Source: an uncultured Candidatus Saccharibacteria bacterium (GTDB lineage Bacteria > Patescibacteriota > Minisyncoccia > Phycocordibacterales > UBA2100). From it: a DNA stretch of 64,000 nucleotides. Where the stretch lies: contig CAYNRJ010000001.1 in NCBI GenBank assembly GCA_964399865.1, forward strand, positions 330,050 through 394,049, read 5' to 3'. This document shows positions 27,917 to 37,380 of the stretch, one piece after another; the first letter of the stretch is position 1, and every line of letters starts with the position of its first letter. The notes under the pieces were generated by a model that was not told the origin of the DNA, ran no database searches, and saw only the letters and a program-made list of their open reading frames with translations. A program made the translations under genes and the position numbers.

Positions 27917-30136
27917 TTACGCGTTCCCTGTTTTTGTATCTGACTGCCAGAAATACCAACCCACACCTAATCCAAGAAGCGCTAGAAGTAAGAGTCCTGC
28001 GATGATTAGCTGGTTATTGCGTCCATTTTCCTCCGCATCCTCGTCGGTAGTGGTGCTTCCACCGCTCAGATTTGGATTTTCCTCCGACGTTGTTCCCGTG
28101 ATTGGTGGAATAGGCCTAATCGTGCCTGAAGTTGAGCCGCTTCCACCCCCTGATGAGCCCGAAGAGGAACTGCCACCAGAGATTGTTCCGAGAGTTCGAG
28201 TGAGATCAATCAGTTGCTGCTCTTGTGAAGTAAGTGGGAATTGTCTTGTGTACTTACAGTAGATCTCATTTATTTTCTTTCTCGTGGTGAGGAACACATA
28301 CCCAGTTGGCTCACTGATCCCCCACGGAGTGAGAATATCCGTAGCATATTTGCTTTGGAATGAACGCACAGCTGCGTCAGTAAGAGGGCCGAAGTATCCA
28401 GTTACCGGAAGAGTGGATCCCATCTCTTGGTTTAGGAACATCTGCAATCTTCGTACCTGCTCCGTATCATTCGCCTGTCCCATCCTCATAAAGGTTGTGA
28501 TAAACGCATCGCAGGCTACAACCGGAAGTGTTGGAGAAGTTTCTCCGAGTACCTGTCCTCCCGTTCCTCCCCCACCGCCGCCTAGACTTGGATTTACCTG
28601 CGTCGCGATAGCACTTCCGCTACCACCCCCACCTCCGCCACCACCTCCACCACCTCCGGAGGATTGATCTGTTTCGTTGTCATCTCCCGTACTTGCGCAA
28701 CCAGGGTCCGACGGATAGTCGATTTTTCCATCGCCATCATTGTCTGTAGTATCAGAACATTGGACAGATCCTCCTCCCCCACCGCCGCCTGGATTTGTCG
28801 GTCCGGGTGGAGTAACTGTAACGGTACCCGTGTTATTCCCTGTATTTGAATCCGGTCTATCGCTTGTGATCGTCGCGACATTTTGAATCGTCTGCCCTGC
28901 AGTGCCCGTATTTACAGATGCAGTTATGAGGAGCGCTGTCGATGAACCGTTCGCGAGAGAGCCGATCGTCCAAAGTCCTGTACTTGTCGCATATGTAGTC
29001 CCTGTAGTTGTCGAATTGTCGGATACATACGTAAGACCAGATGGAAGAAGATCCGTTACAGAAACATTCGTTGCTGCATTTGGACCACTGTTTGACGCCG
29101 TAAGAGTGAAGATGACACTCGAACCCGGCGTTGGACTTGCGACGTCTACCGTCTTCGAAAGAGATACGTCCGCAGTTGTCGTCGAGTAGGTATTCGTAAA
29201 TGTGCAGGTCTTCACATCACCTATCGCGAGAATACCTGCGCAATTTGTGGATGTCGCAGCTACGTAGCCTCCAACACTACTTGTTTCCGATACGATAAAT
29301 GCGCCCGGATTGAAGATCATTTGCGTGCCTGATGCGCTTCCCGCAAACGACTGATTCGAGCTTGAAGCCGTCACGTGGATCATGAAGTCACTCGAGGTTG
29401 CGGTCCCCCCGTTCGTATTAACGACAATTTTCTTGACCGTAAGGAGTGGCTTGAACGCCGCACAGTCAGGATCAGCGAGATCTATGAGAGAATCGCTGTC
29501 ATTATCCTGCCCGTCAGAACAGAGAGGCAAAGTATTCTCACTGCCTCCCCCGCCGCCACCTCCGCCTGTGTTGGTTTCATCTTCATCGAGCGGTCCGGTG
29601 CAGCCGAGATCATCCGGGTAATCAGTAAGACCATCGTCGTCATCGTCTATGGCGTTCCAACATTCGGGAAGTGAGCCCGATTCGTTTCGATCTCCATCGT
29701 AGGAGTCGTCATTGGTTGGATCCCCATCCGTATGACAATTTGGATCATCAATATCGGTGAACCCGTCTTCGTCATTATCTATGAGGTCTTCACATTGACC
29801 GAGAGGAGGATCGGTCTCATCTTCGTCTTCTTCGTTCGTACACCCTGGGTCTGATGGATAGTCAGTATGACCATCATTATCATTATCAATATCGTCAGAA
29901 CAAGCAGGAATTTCTTCACTGCCATCTGGACAACCTTCCGTTTCGAGATACGGAATAGGTGAACCGAGCTCATTGAGATCGGTAAATACTAAACACACTA
30001 TGTAGGAACCAAATCCAGATGGAAATGGGACCTCTGCTTGAGCTTGACGCTGGTTTCCCAGGAATACTGCACTTAGTGCGAGAAGTGTCATCAATGCGAC
30101 AATACTTCCGGCACGAATAATTCGTGACAACGTCAT
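27917..30136 (-). CDS. Paralogous surface protein with Cys/Asp repeats, DUF11 domain, PG-binding-like domain and C-terminal TM
   Basis: Start placed at MTLSRIIRAG by homology with the neighbour's MTLSRIARAG; five Cys/Asp repeats; ADVSLSKTVD...NSGPNAATNVSVTDLLPSGLTYVS (DUF11). Confidence 0.85.
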   Translation of the reverse strand: MTLSRIIRAGSIVALMTLLALSAVFLGNQRQAQAEVPFPSGFGSYIVCLVFTDLNELGSPIPYLETEGCPDGSEEIPACSDDIDNDNDGHTDYPSDPGCTNEEDEDETDPPLGQCEDLIDNDEDGFTDIDDPNCHTDGDPTNDDSYDGDRNESGSLPECWNAIDDDDDGLTDYPDDLGCTGPLDEDETNTGGGGGGGGSENTLPLCSDGQDNDSDSLIDLADPDCAAFKPLLTVKKIVVNTNGGTATSSDFMIHVTASSSNQSFAGSASGTQMIFNPGAFIVSETSSVGGYVAATSTNCAGILAIGDVKTCTFTNTYSTTTADVSLSKTVDVASPTPGSSVIFTLTASNSGPNAATNVSVTDLLPSGLTYVSDNSTTTGTTYATSTGLWTIGSLANGSSTALLITASVNTGTAGQTIQNVATITSDRPDSNTGNNTGTVTVTPPGPTNPGGGGGGGSVQCSDTTDNDGDGKIDYPSDPGCASTGDDNETDQSSGGGGGGGGGGGGSGSAIATQVNPSLGGGGGGTGGQVLGETSPTLPVVACDAFITTFMRMGQANDTEQVRRLQMFLNQEMGSTLPVTGYFGPLTDAAVRSFQSKYATDILTPWGISEPTGYVFLTTRKKINEIYCKYTRQFPLTSQEQQLIDLTRTLGTISGGSSSSGSSGGGSGSTSGTIRPIPPITGTTSEENPNLSGGSTTTDEDAEENGRNNQLIIAGLLLLALLGLGVGWYFWQSDTKTGNA

Positions 30137-30602
30137 ACGCTCTATTTTGTATAAACTAAGAAGACGTCTAATAAAATTTATACCTACGATCAGTATAGCC
30201 GTCCCTTTCTTCAACAAGCCCTGGCCTGTTAACAACCGAACTGTGGAAATACTGGGGATAACAAAATTGATCGTTTGGAAAAAACTTTCCAACAGTTTTT
30301 AAAGAACTAAATAAAACAGAATGAGTGTTCCCTTCTGTCGATCCAAAACAATTTTACGATTTGAAAGTGAAGTTATGCTGATTTGAAAAGGCAGCGCTCT
30401 CTATGTCTATTCATTTCTCTGTCTGATAGCGAGCTCACTAAAAGTTCTATAGGACAGAGTATGTCCGATAGAAATGTCCGATAGAAAAGATATGCATTAA
30501 GCCCAATAATTCACACCATATTGCGCAGCGATAATCCATATGATGTAATCGAAAAAGGTGGTCTTGTATATCTCGAGACCACAAACCTATGGGAGGGATC
30601 CC

Positions 30603-31013
30603 GTGTTTAAACTTAGGTTACCTAAGACTCCGCGGCGACGTGCATACGAGGCTCAGGTGGAACTCGCAAGAGTACTACTGAAGCCTGGGATGGATCGCGA
30701 GCAAGCGGCCACAGCCCTTAGCTCGGTGATAACGACTGCCGAGCTCGCCGGGACGGGAGGATGGAATGAGCGGTTCTCGTCGTCCAGATTTCTTCGCTTC
30801 GAGCAAGTATCGACGAAATATGCTGGGCACAAGACGTTCCGGGAGAAGCACCCCGAGAAATGGGCCGAGCTAGAGGGCGCAGTATGGACCCTGCTCGGAA
30901 GTGGACGGGGTAGAGTTGAACTCGTCGATGAGGTCTTCAGGCTTCTCGCCCCCCACTGCTTCGTCCGACTAATACCGCCACGTAAGTTGGTGCGATTGGC
31001 AGACGCTGCCTAA
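30603..31013 (+). CDS. Hypothetical protein
   Basis: GTG start after a GGAGG-like site; followed by a terminator hairpin. Confidence 0.6.
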   Translation: MFKLRLPKTPRRRAYEAQVELARVLLKPGMDREQAATALSSVITTAELAGTGGWNERFSSSRFLRFEQVSTKYAGHKTFREKHPEKWAELEGAVWTLLGSGRGRVELVDEVFRLLAPHCFVRLIPPRKLVRLADAA

Positions 31014-31022
31014 CGCATCTTT

Positions 31023-31054
31023 GAGGCCGCCCCGTGGGCGGCCTCTTCATTTTT
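31023..31054 (+). terminator. Rho-independent terminator
   Basis: gaggccgccc...gggcggcctc followed by ttcattttt. Confidence 0.7.
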
Positions 31055-31071
31055 CACGATATAATTGCGAG

Positions 31072-32715
31072 ATGAACCTTAGGGAAAGAATCGCCCCACT
31101 TATTAAGGGCGACGCCCGCGATGACACCGAAACCCTCGACAAACATAGTCGAGATACGAGCATTTTCGAAAGAAGACCATCCTTGGTGGTTTTCCCCAAG
31201 GACAGCGCTGATATCGTCTCCCTTGTCACATTCGTCGATAAGGCGAGAGCAGATGGTGAAAACATCTCCGTTACCGCTCGCTCCGCAGGGACCGACATGA
31301 GCGGTGGCCCTCTCACTGATTCAATAGTCATCTCCTTTACGGAGTATATGAATCACATGGGAGATATCGGGGAGGATTATGCCGTCGCCGAACCGGGAGT
31401 TTATTATCGTGACTTCGAAAAGGCAACGCTGGCAAAGAATGGGAAGCTACTCGCCTCTTACCCCGCGTCACGCGAGCTTGCAGCAATAGGTGGAATCGTG
31501 TCGAACAATTCCGGCGGCGAGTTAACACTTCGATTCGGAAAGACGGAGAAATTCGTCCGCGAACTTGATGTGGTCCTCTCAGACGGATCACTTGCGACGT
31601 TCTCCCCTCTCACGCGCGAAGAACTTGCGAAGAAGGAATCGGAGAATACTTTTGAAGGAAAAATATATCGAGATATTCACGCACTCATAGAAAACAACGA
31701 GGATGAGATAGAGTCCGCAGAGCCAAGTGTTTCGAAGAATTCCGCCGGGTATTCTCTTTGGAATGTCTGGAACAGAAAAGCGAATACATTTGATCTAACT
31801 CAACTGATCACTGGCTCACAAGGAACGCTCGCCTTAGTAACCAAGGCAAAGCTCGGACTTCTCAAGCAAGAACATCATCGCGGCATGCTAGTGGTGTTTC
31901 TCAGTGACCTTAATACCCTTCCTGAAATCGTTCGACGGGTACGCGCGTTTGAGCCTGAATCGTTTGAGAGCTACGACGACAATACTTTTAAGCTCGCTGT
32001 TCGTTTTGCGGGAGATTTCTTGAAACAACTGGGCATCGTCGACACGGTACGCCTTGGCTTCGCCTTTCTCCCCGAGATGTGGATGACCATTTCTGGAGGC
32101 GTTCCAAAGCTTGTACTTCTCGCTGAGTTTGCAGAGAGTTCCGATGAGAAAGCTCGCGAGAAGGCGGAGCATGCACAGGCTTCTCTTGAAGATCTCGATG
32201 TAAAAACACGGCTAGCGTTCGGCATGATGGAAGAGAAATATTGGAAAATTCGGAGAGAGAGCTTCGCACTCCTTCGAAAACATATACACGGACTGCACGC
32301 TGCACCATTTATTGATGACATTGTTGTCCATCCGGATGATTACCCGAGCTTTCTTCCGGAATTGCACGAGCTGTTATCTCACTACAAGATCATGTACACG
32401 ATCGCGGGGCATATTGGTGATGGAAACTTCCATATCATTCCGCTTATTGACCTGAAGCGCGCTGAGCATCGGGATACGATCCGAGAACTTGCGCCAAAGG
32501 TGTATGAGCTAGTTGGGCAGTACAAGGGTTCTATCACCGGAGAACATAATGACGGCATTATCCGCACACCTTACCTTCCTCTTATGTTCTCTCCACGCAT
32601 GATCGAGCTCTTTTCTGAGGTAAAGAAAATATTCGACCCACACAATATTTTTAATCCTGGGAAAAAAGTGGGGGGCACATTATTAGACATAGACCGATAT
32701 ATGATGAAACAGTAG
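31072..32715 (+). CDS. FAD-linked oxidoreductase (D-lactate dehydrogenase/GlcD family)
   Basis: RSAGTDMSGG, GSQGTL, GHIGDGNFH, GEHNDG, FDPHNIFNPGK; start set at MNLRER. Confidence 0.9.
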   Translation: MNLRERIAPLIKGDARDDTETLDKHSRDTSIFERRPSLVVFPKDSADIVSLVTFVDKARADGENISVTARSAGTDMSGGPLTDSIVISFTEYMNHMGDIGEDYAVAEPGVYYRDFEKATLAKNGKLLASYPASRELAAIGGIVSNNSGGELTLRFGKTEKFVRELDVVLSDGSLATFSPLTREELAKKESENTFEGKIYRDIHALIENNEDEIESAEPSVSKNSAGYSLWNVWNRKANTFDLTQLITGSQGTLALVTKAKLGLLKQEHHRGMLVVFLSDLNTLPEIVRRVRAFEPESFESYDDNTFKLAVRFAGDFLKQLGIVDTVRLGFAFLPEMWMTISGGVPKLVLLAEFAESSDEKAREKAEHAQASLEDLDVKTRLAFGMMEEKYWKIRRESFALLRKHIHGLHAAPFIDDIVVHPDDYPSFLPELHELLSHYKIMYTIAGHIGDGNFHIIPLIDLKRAEHRDTIRELAPKVYELVGQYKGSITGEHNDGIIRTPYLPLMFSPRMIELFSEVKKIFDPHNIFNPGKKVGGTLLDIDRYMMKQ

Positions 32716-32718
32716 CGT

Positions 32719-33750
32719 ATGAAAAAAACCTTACTTCTCCTCGCCGTAATCCCCTTTTTACTACCGCTTCCCGCTTTCGCGCACGAAGTCTACGTGCTCG
32801 ATTCTGAGACAATAGCCGAAGCACTCGCCGCAGATTCCGTTAATCCCTTTACTGCATATCATGGTAATGAATCTGAGTTTTTCCTGTGGGGTTTTGTTTC
32901 GTTCGTCGTGTTCTCGACTATACTCCTCGCGTCCGTATTCCACATTTTCGAACGTAGAGTCCGAGGCCCCCTCGCGTTCCTAAAACGCTTGGCTCTCCCA
33001 ATCGTTCGCGTCACAGCTGGAGTAACCCTCTTCGTATTCGGTTGGTATGGTGTCCTCTACGGACCCGAGCTCCCTCTCCCCATTATTTTCGCGGGAGCAT
33101 CCCCCTGGATCGAAATACTACTTATGGTACTCGGCACACTTATACTTTTCGGAGTATTTGCTCGTGCCGCTGCAGTCGGTGCGATCTTACTCTATATATA
33201 TGCACTATCTTCCCTCGGCGTACCCCTCTTTAATTACCTCACACATCTCGGTGCATACATTGTGTTAATTCTCCTCGGTAGCGGAGAGTGGTCACTCGAT
33301 TCCAAATGGAACACCGTACAATTCGCGAACCTGCAGAAAACCTTACATAAGCTCCGACCGTTCGCCTTCCCAATACTAAGAATAGGGTTTGGACTCAGCG
33401 TGATGTTCGCGGCCGTCTATGCAAAATTCCTCCACAGTGAATTAACGCTACATGTAATTGCTCAATATGATCTGACGCGGCTACTCCCCTTTGAGCCCCT
33501 ATTTATAGTTCTTGGTGCTCTTATCATAGAATTTCTTGCAGGACTCATGATGTTCCTCGGTGTTGCAGTACGGTGGACTGCCCTTTTCCTCGCCTTCTGG
33601 TTATCGATGGGTCACATTTTCACAAACGAAAACTGGTGGGTCCACCTTATTCTGTACGGACTCGCGGTCGCGATCTTTTGTCACGGGTACGACAAATGGT
33701 CACTAAGCGGGAAATTCCTCCAGAAAGATGGCCGCGATCCGGTCTTATAG
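32719..33750 (+). CDS. DoxX-like membrane protein (duplicated domain)
   Basis: AHEVYV after a signal; two repeats ending GSGEWSLD and GYDKWSLS. Confidence 0.7.
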   Translation: MKKTLLLLAVIPFLLPLPAFAHEVYVLDSETIAEALAADSVNPFTAYHGNESEFFLWGFVSFVVFSTILLASVFHIFERRVRGPLAFLKRLALPIVRVTAGVTLFVFGWYGVLYGPELPLPIIFAGASPWIEILLMVLGTLILFGVFARAAAVGAILLYIYALSSLGVPLFNYLTHLGAYIVLILLGSGEWSLDSKWNTVQFANLQKTLHKLRPFAFPILRIGFGLSVMFAAVYAKFLHSELTLHVIAQYDLTRLLPFEPLFIVLGALIIEFLAGLMMFLGVAVRWTALFLAFWLSMGHIFTNENWWVHLILYGLAVAIFCHGYDKWSLSGKFLQKDGRDPVL

Positions 33751-34287
33751 AACTTCAGAAGTATTTCGTGTGCGAACAAAAAGCATGAGCACGATGAGAA
33801 ACGCGAAAAGTGTGGCAGCCATGAGTGGGTACGTAATGTAGTTGAACTCATACATAAATCGCGCTGCGCAGCTGACGCCTGTTGCGGGACATGGCAGGGT
33901 GCCAGAAGGCAGAACCTGCAGTGCGTGATGATATAGCGCAAATCCAAGACCGAATATTGATAACACTATTGAATAGAGAGCGATCCTGCTTTCTCGCCTC
34001 CATAGAGCGAGTGCAAAGAGAACTACCTGCGAATAGAGGAACACGCGCTGCCACCAACAGAGAGGGCACGGCTCTATACCGAGGACTTCAGAATAATAGA
34101 GCGTAAGAGCGCTCGACACGAGAGTGGCAAGGAATGCGATACTAAGTCCCCACGTTCCTATCAATGCTGCTATTCGCGCAAAGAAAGGATTCTTTCGTAA
34201 TACATATATGAGGATTATCCCTACAGTTACTATCTGTAATAGGAACGTTCCGATTCCGAGTAAGTAGTTGGCTGTTTGAAGTTCCAT
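33745..34287 (-). CDS. dsbB: Disulfide bond formation protein (DsbB/BdbC family)
   Basis: LYYSEVLGIEPCPLCWWQR; second Cys pair PCPATGVSC; TMs. Confidence 0.9.
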   Translation of the reverse strand: MELQTANYLLGIGTFLLQIVTVGIILIYVLRKNPFFARIAALIGTWGLSIAFLATLVSSALTLYYSEVLGIEPCPLCWWQRVFLYSQVVLFALALWRRESRIALYSIVLSIFGLGFALYHHALQVLPSGTLPCPATGVSCAARFMYEFNYITYPLMAATLFAFLIVLMLFVRTRNTSEVL

Positions 34288-34319
34288 ACATGCCGACGGT
34301 TTGGTCGGTGATCCTTACA

Positions 34320-34697
34320 TTACTGCGGCAATACGCACCCCGTCTTTTCTGCGAGCTGGGTAAGAGGGATCTCCCCCGTTAGCCTACTTTCATCTGCAAA
34401 GACCCATGTTGGATACTGTTGTACCTCTTTTTCTGTACATGCTGGGAGCTGTCCTTTGCCATCCGGCGTAGAACACTCAACATATGGCAATAGTTTTGAA
34501 GAAACTCCGAACATTCTCTTCTGTGCCTGGCAATGTGGGCACCAAAATGCACCATAGAATGTAGCTCCCTTGTCCGCTATACACTGCGCGAAAGTATCAA
34601 GCTTCCCAGGACCACTTTTTACAAAGAAAGACGCGCTAAGAGCGCCAACGATAAGGATTAAAATAGCTACCCAGAAAATTAGCATTCCTTTTTTCAT
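34320..34697 (-). CDS. Membrane-anchored thioredoxin-like protein
   Basis: FYGAFWCPHC, YVEC, YPTW; N-terminal TM; upstream of dsbB. Confidence 0.88.
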   Translation of the reverse strand: MKKGMLIFWVAILILIVGALSASFFVKSGPGKLDTFAQCIADKGATFYGAFWCPHCQAQKRMFGVSSKLLPYVECSTPDGKGQLPACTEKEVQQYPTWVFADESRLTGEIPLTQLAEKTGCVLPQ

Positions 34698-34755
34698 ACG
34701 TAGAAGGGAGTATACCACTAGGGAGAAAGGTGTCGAAATGTGCTAAAATCGCCCC

Positions 34756-36024
34756 ATGACAAATCGCGGCGACAAGCTGTCAACAGATAGTTACAAGGGA
34801 GTCCGTGATTTTTATCCTCAGGACCAGTTCACCCAGAAATACATGTTCGAACACATGGAACGCGTGTGCGAACTATTCGGATATGAGGAGTACAACGCCT
34901 CCGTATTAGAGCCAGCGGAACTGTACCGTAGCAAAACCTCCGAGGAGATCGTCAATAATCAGACGTATACGTTTACCGACCGCGGCGATCGTGAAGTCAC
35001 ACTTAGACCCGAGCTTACGCCAACTCTTGCCAGAATGGTAGCGAAAAAGAAGCGGGATATACCTTTCCCGGCCCGGCTCTATTCGATTGCGAATTGTTTC
35101 CGCTACGAAGGAACACAAAAGGGACGCCTGCGAGAATTTTGGCAACTGAACGCCGACATGGTCGGAGCAGAAGGTGTTGCAGCGGACGCGGAAATAATCG
35201 CTGTCGCGCACGGCATACTACGTTCCCTTGGTGCGGAAGAAAGGGATTTCGAGATCCGCGTGTCAGACCGAAGAATGCTTGATTCAATATTCGATTCTGT
35301 GGAAATTGATGCTGATAAGAGGCCGGACATTACACGACTCCTCGATCGCAGGGAGAAAATGGGCGAAGACTTCAAGAAAGAGATCCTGTCGGCTATCGGC
35401 GATAAAGGGAAAGTGGATGCGCTCATAGAGCAGCTTGATCACACGACCTCGAGTGCGTACTTAGAGGAGCTCCGCGGACAGCTCGAATATATGGGAATAC
35501 GTAATATGATCGTCGATACCAAAATAACTCGTGGATTTGATTATTACACCGGCATGGTGTTCGAGATCTTCGATACCTCCACTGAGAATCGACGCTCTCT
35601 TGCAGGAGGCGGAAGATATGACAACCTCCTCTCCCTTTTTGGCGAGGATCCAATCCCTGCAGTCGGGTTTGCGATGGGAGATGTCACGGTACGGGACTTC
35701 CTTGAAACGCATAATCTTCTCCCCGAGTACGCCCCTGCTACCGAACTTATGATCGCTGTTATCGAACCAGACGCGATCGGACACGCCATGCGTCTTGCCC
35801 AGGACCTGCGACGAGAGGATGTCACGATTGCGGTTAATTTCTCTGGCAAACGCGTGGGCGATCAAGTTAGACAGGCGGACAAGATGAAAATTCCATTTGT
35901 TATCGCAATAGGATCAAAAGAAAGAGAGTCTGGGCGATACACGGTGAAGAATTTATCTACGGGAGCTGAGCTTACGCTCCCAGCGGACAGGATCGCAGAA
36001 CATCTATTTAGCAGTCTTGGATAA
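34756..36024 (+). CDS. hisS: Histidine--tRNA ligase
   Basis: KGVRDF, LRPELT, FRYE...GRLREFWQ, RGFDYYTG, GGGRYD. Confidence 0.97.
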   Translation: MTNRGDKLSTDSYKGVRDFYPQDQFTQKYMFEHMERVCELFGYEEYNASVLEPAELYRSKTSEEIVNNQTYTFTDRGDREVTLRPELTPTLARMVAKKKRDIPFPARLYSIANCFRYEGTQKGRLREFWQLNADMVGAEGVAADAEIIAVAHGILRSLGAEERDFEIRVSDRRMLDSIFDSVEIDADKRPDITRLLDRREKMGEDFKKEILSAIGDKGKVDALIEQLDHTTSSAYLEELRGQLEYMGIRNMIVDTKITRGFDYYTGMVFEIFDTSTENRRSLAGGGRYDNLLSLFGEDPIPAVGFAMGDVTVRDFLETHNLLPEYAPATELMIAVIEPDAIGHAMRLAQDLRREDVTIAVNFSGKRVGDQVRQADKMKIPFVIAIGSKERESGRYTVKNLSTGAELTLPADRIAEHLFSSLG

Positions 36025-36068
36025 CGCGAGGGAACGCTCTTGGTCACTTCCCTCCTTACACTTCAATC

Positions 36069-36641
36069 ATGCGCATTGTTACGTTTGATATAGAAACCGC
36101 GAACTGGATGTCTGACATCGGCTCAGGAGACCCGGCGGACCTCACACTCGCGATCATTTGTATCCACGATTCCGAAACCGGGTATCACAGCTTCCTCGAG
36201 AACGAACTCTCGAATCTTTGGAAGATACTTGAAAAGACCGACATGCTCGTTGGGTACAATTCCGATCATTTTGATATTCCCCTCCTCAATAAGTACTACC
36301 CGGGCGACCTTACACACATAAAATCACTCGATTTGATGCAGGAAGTGTACGCAAGCTTAGGCCGCCGACTTAAGCTCGATACTATCGCAGAAGGGACACT
36401 CGGACAGAAAAAGAGTGCTGACGGTCTTCAATCACTGAAGTGGTGGAAACAAGGTGAGGTGGATAAAGTACGACAATACTGTCTCAAGGATGTCGAGCTA
36501 ACAAAGAAAGTATTCGACTACGCGCTCAAGTATGGCGGTATTAAATATAAGGAACTCGGAAAGATAAAAGAGGTCAAATTGAATACCTCTAAGTGGCTCA
36601 CGCAAAACAGTAAGCCTTTAACGCATACTTTGGGGTTCTAG
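36069..36641 (+). CDS. RNase H-like (YprB/DnaQ-type) 3'-5' exonuclease domain protein
   Basis: FDIET, GYNSDHFD, YCLKDV. Confidence 0.85.
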   Translation: MRIVTFDIETANWMSDIGSGDPADLTLAIICIHDSETGYHSFLENELSNLWKILEKTDMLVGYNSDHFDIPLLNKYYPGDLTHIKSLDLMQEVYASLGRRLKLDTIAEGTLGQKKSADGLQSLKWWKQGEVDKVRQYCLKDVELTKKVFDYALKYGGIKYKELGKIKEVKLNTSKWLTQNSKPLTHTLGF

Positions 36642-36801
36642 GTCTGCTGCCACCCCGTCTTCTTACAGAAGCTGTATACCTTGTGGATTTTCTCTTCGCT
36701 AACGCTCGATAAAATCTCACAAGGTCTTGCGCCGCTCCTTAACCCGCGGCTCACCCGACCCCTTCCCTAATCTGCCCCCCGTCACAATTATCTGCGATTT
36801 G

Positions 36802-36875
36802 TGCCTGGGGGCAGATTCGAACTGCCGACCCTTCGCTCTTCAGGCGAATGCTCTAACCAACTGAGCTACCCAGGC
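36802..36875 (-). tRNA. tRNA-Phe(GAA)
   Basis: Cloverleaf GCCTGGG...CTGAAGA...GTTCGAATC...CCCAGGCA; CCA not encoded. Confidence 0.95.
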
Positions 36876-36911
36876 AAGTCTGGCTTACTGTATCACACCA
36901 CGGTTTCGATT

Positions 36912-37208
36912 TCACTCACCGAAATACTTGGACGGATCGAGCTTGTTCATCAGCTCTTGAAGACCTCCGAGCTGTGCCTTCGCATCAGCGCTTACGCCTT
37001 GCACCTCCTCAAAGGTTCCCATGACGCTTTGCATAACCGGGTAAATATAGGAGAAGTAGAACCAGATCGGAACGATGAGAAATATCGCCCAAATGATCAT
37101 TTTTATGATACTCCCCCAAAAGGCGCCTCGCCGCATCTTGCGAAGCATCTTGTTATTCTCCTTTGTGAGCGCAAGTATCTCCTGAAGCTTCTGCTCGCTT
37201 ACATCCAT
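36912..37208 (-). CDS. Small single-TM hypothetical protein
   Basis: ENNKMLRKMRR, TM, coiled tail; lies between two tRNAs. Confidence 0.75.
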   Translation of the reverse strand: MDVSEQKLQEILALTKENNKMLRKMRRGAFWGSIIKMIIWAIFLIVPIWFYFSYIYPVMQSVMGTFEEVQGVSADAKAQLGGLQELMNKLDPSKYFGE

Positions 37209-37223
37209 TACAAAATTTTATCA

Positions 37224-37295
37224 TGCCCTCGGCGGGAATCGAACCTACATCTAACCCTTAGGACGGGTCCGTTCTATCCATTGAACTACGAGGGC
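37224..37295 (-). tRNA. tRNA-Arg(CCT)
   Basis: GCCCTCG...GACCC-GTCCTAA-GGGTT...GGTTCGATTCC...CGAGGGCA. Confidence 0.88.
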
Positions 37296-37380
37296 TAACG
37301 AGAGGCAGAATGACGCCCGCGAAAGCTATGTTTACGAGGGCTTGCGGGCACTGTAACACGCAAGCCCTTACTCGTTAAAA

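Noticed and set aside
30137-30292. N-terminal extension of the 791-aa ORF
   Set aside because: The paralogue starts at MTLSRI, which also begins the signal peptide.
30140-30560. Replication origin
   Set aside because: Only degenerate DnaA-like boxes are present, with no dnaA/dnaN nearby; GC skew cannot be judged by eye.
36801-37298. 165-aa plus-strand ORF
   Set aside because: It is the antisense reading of two tRNAs and the 36912..37208 gene.
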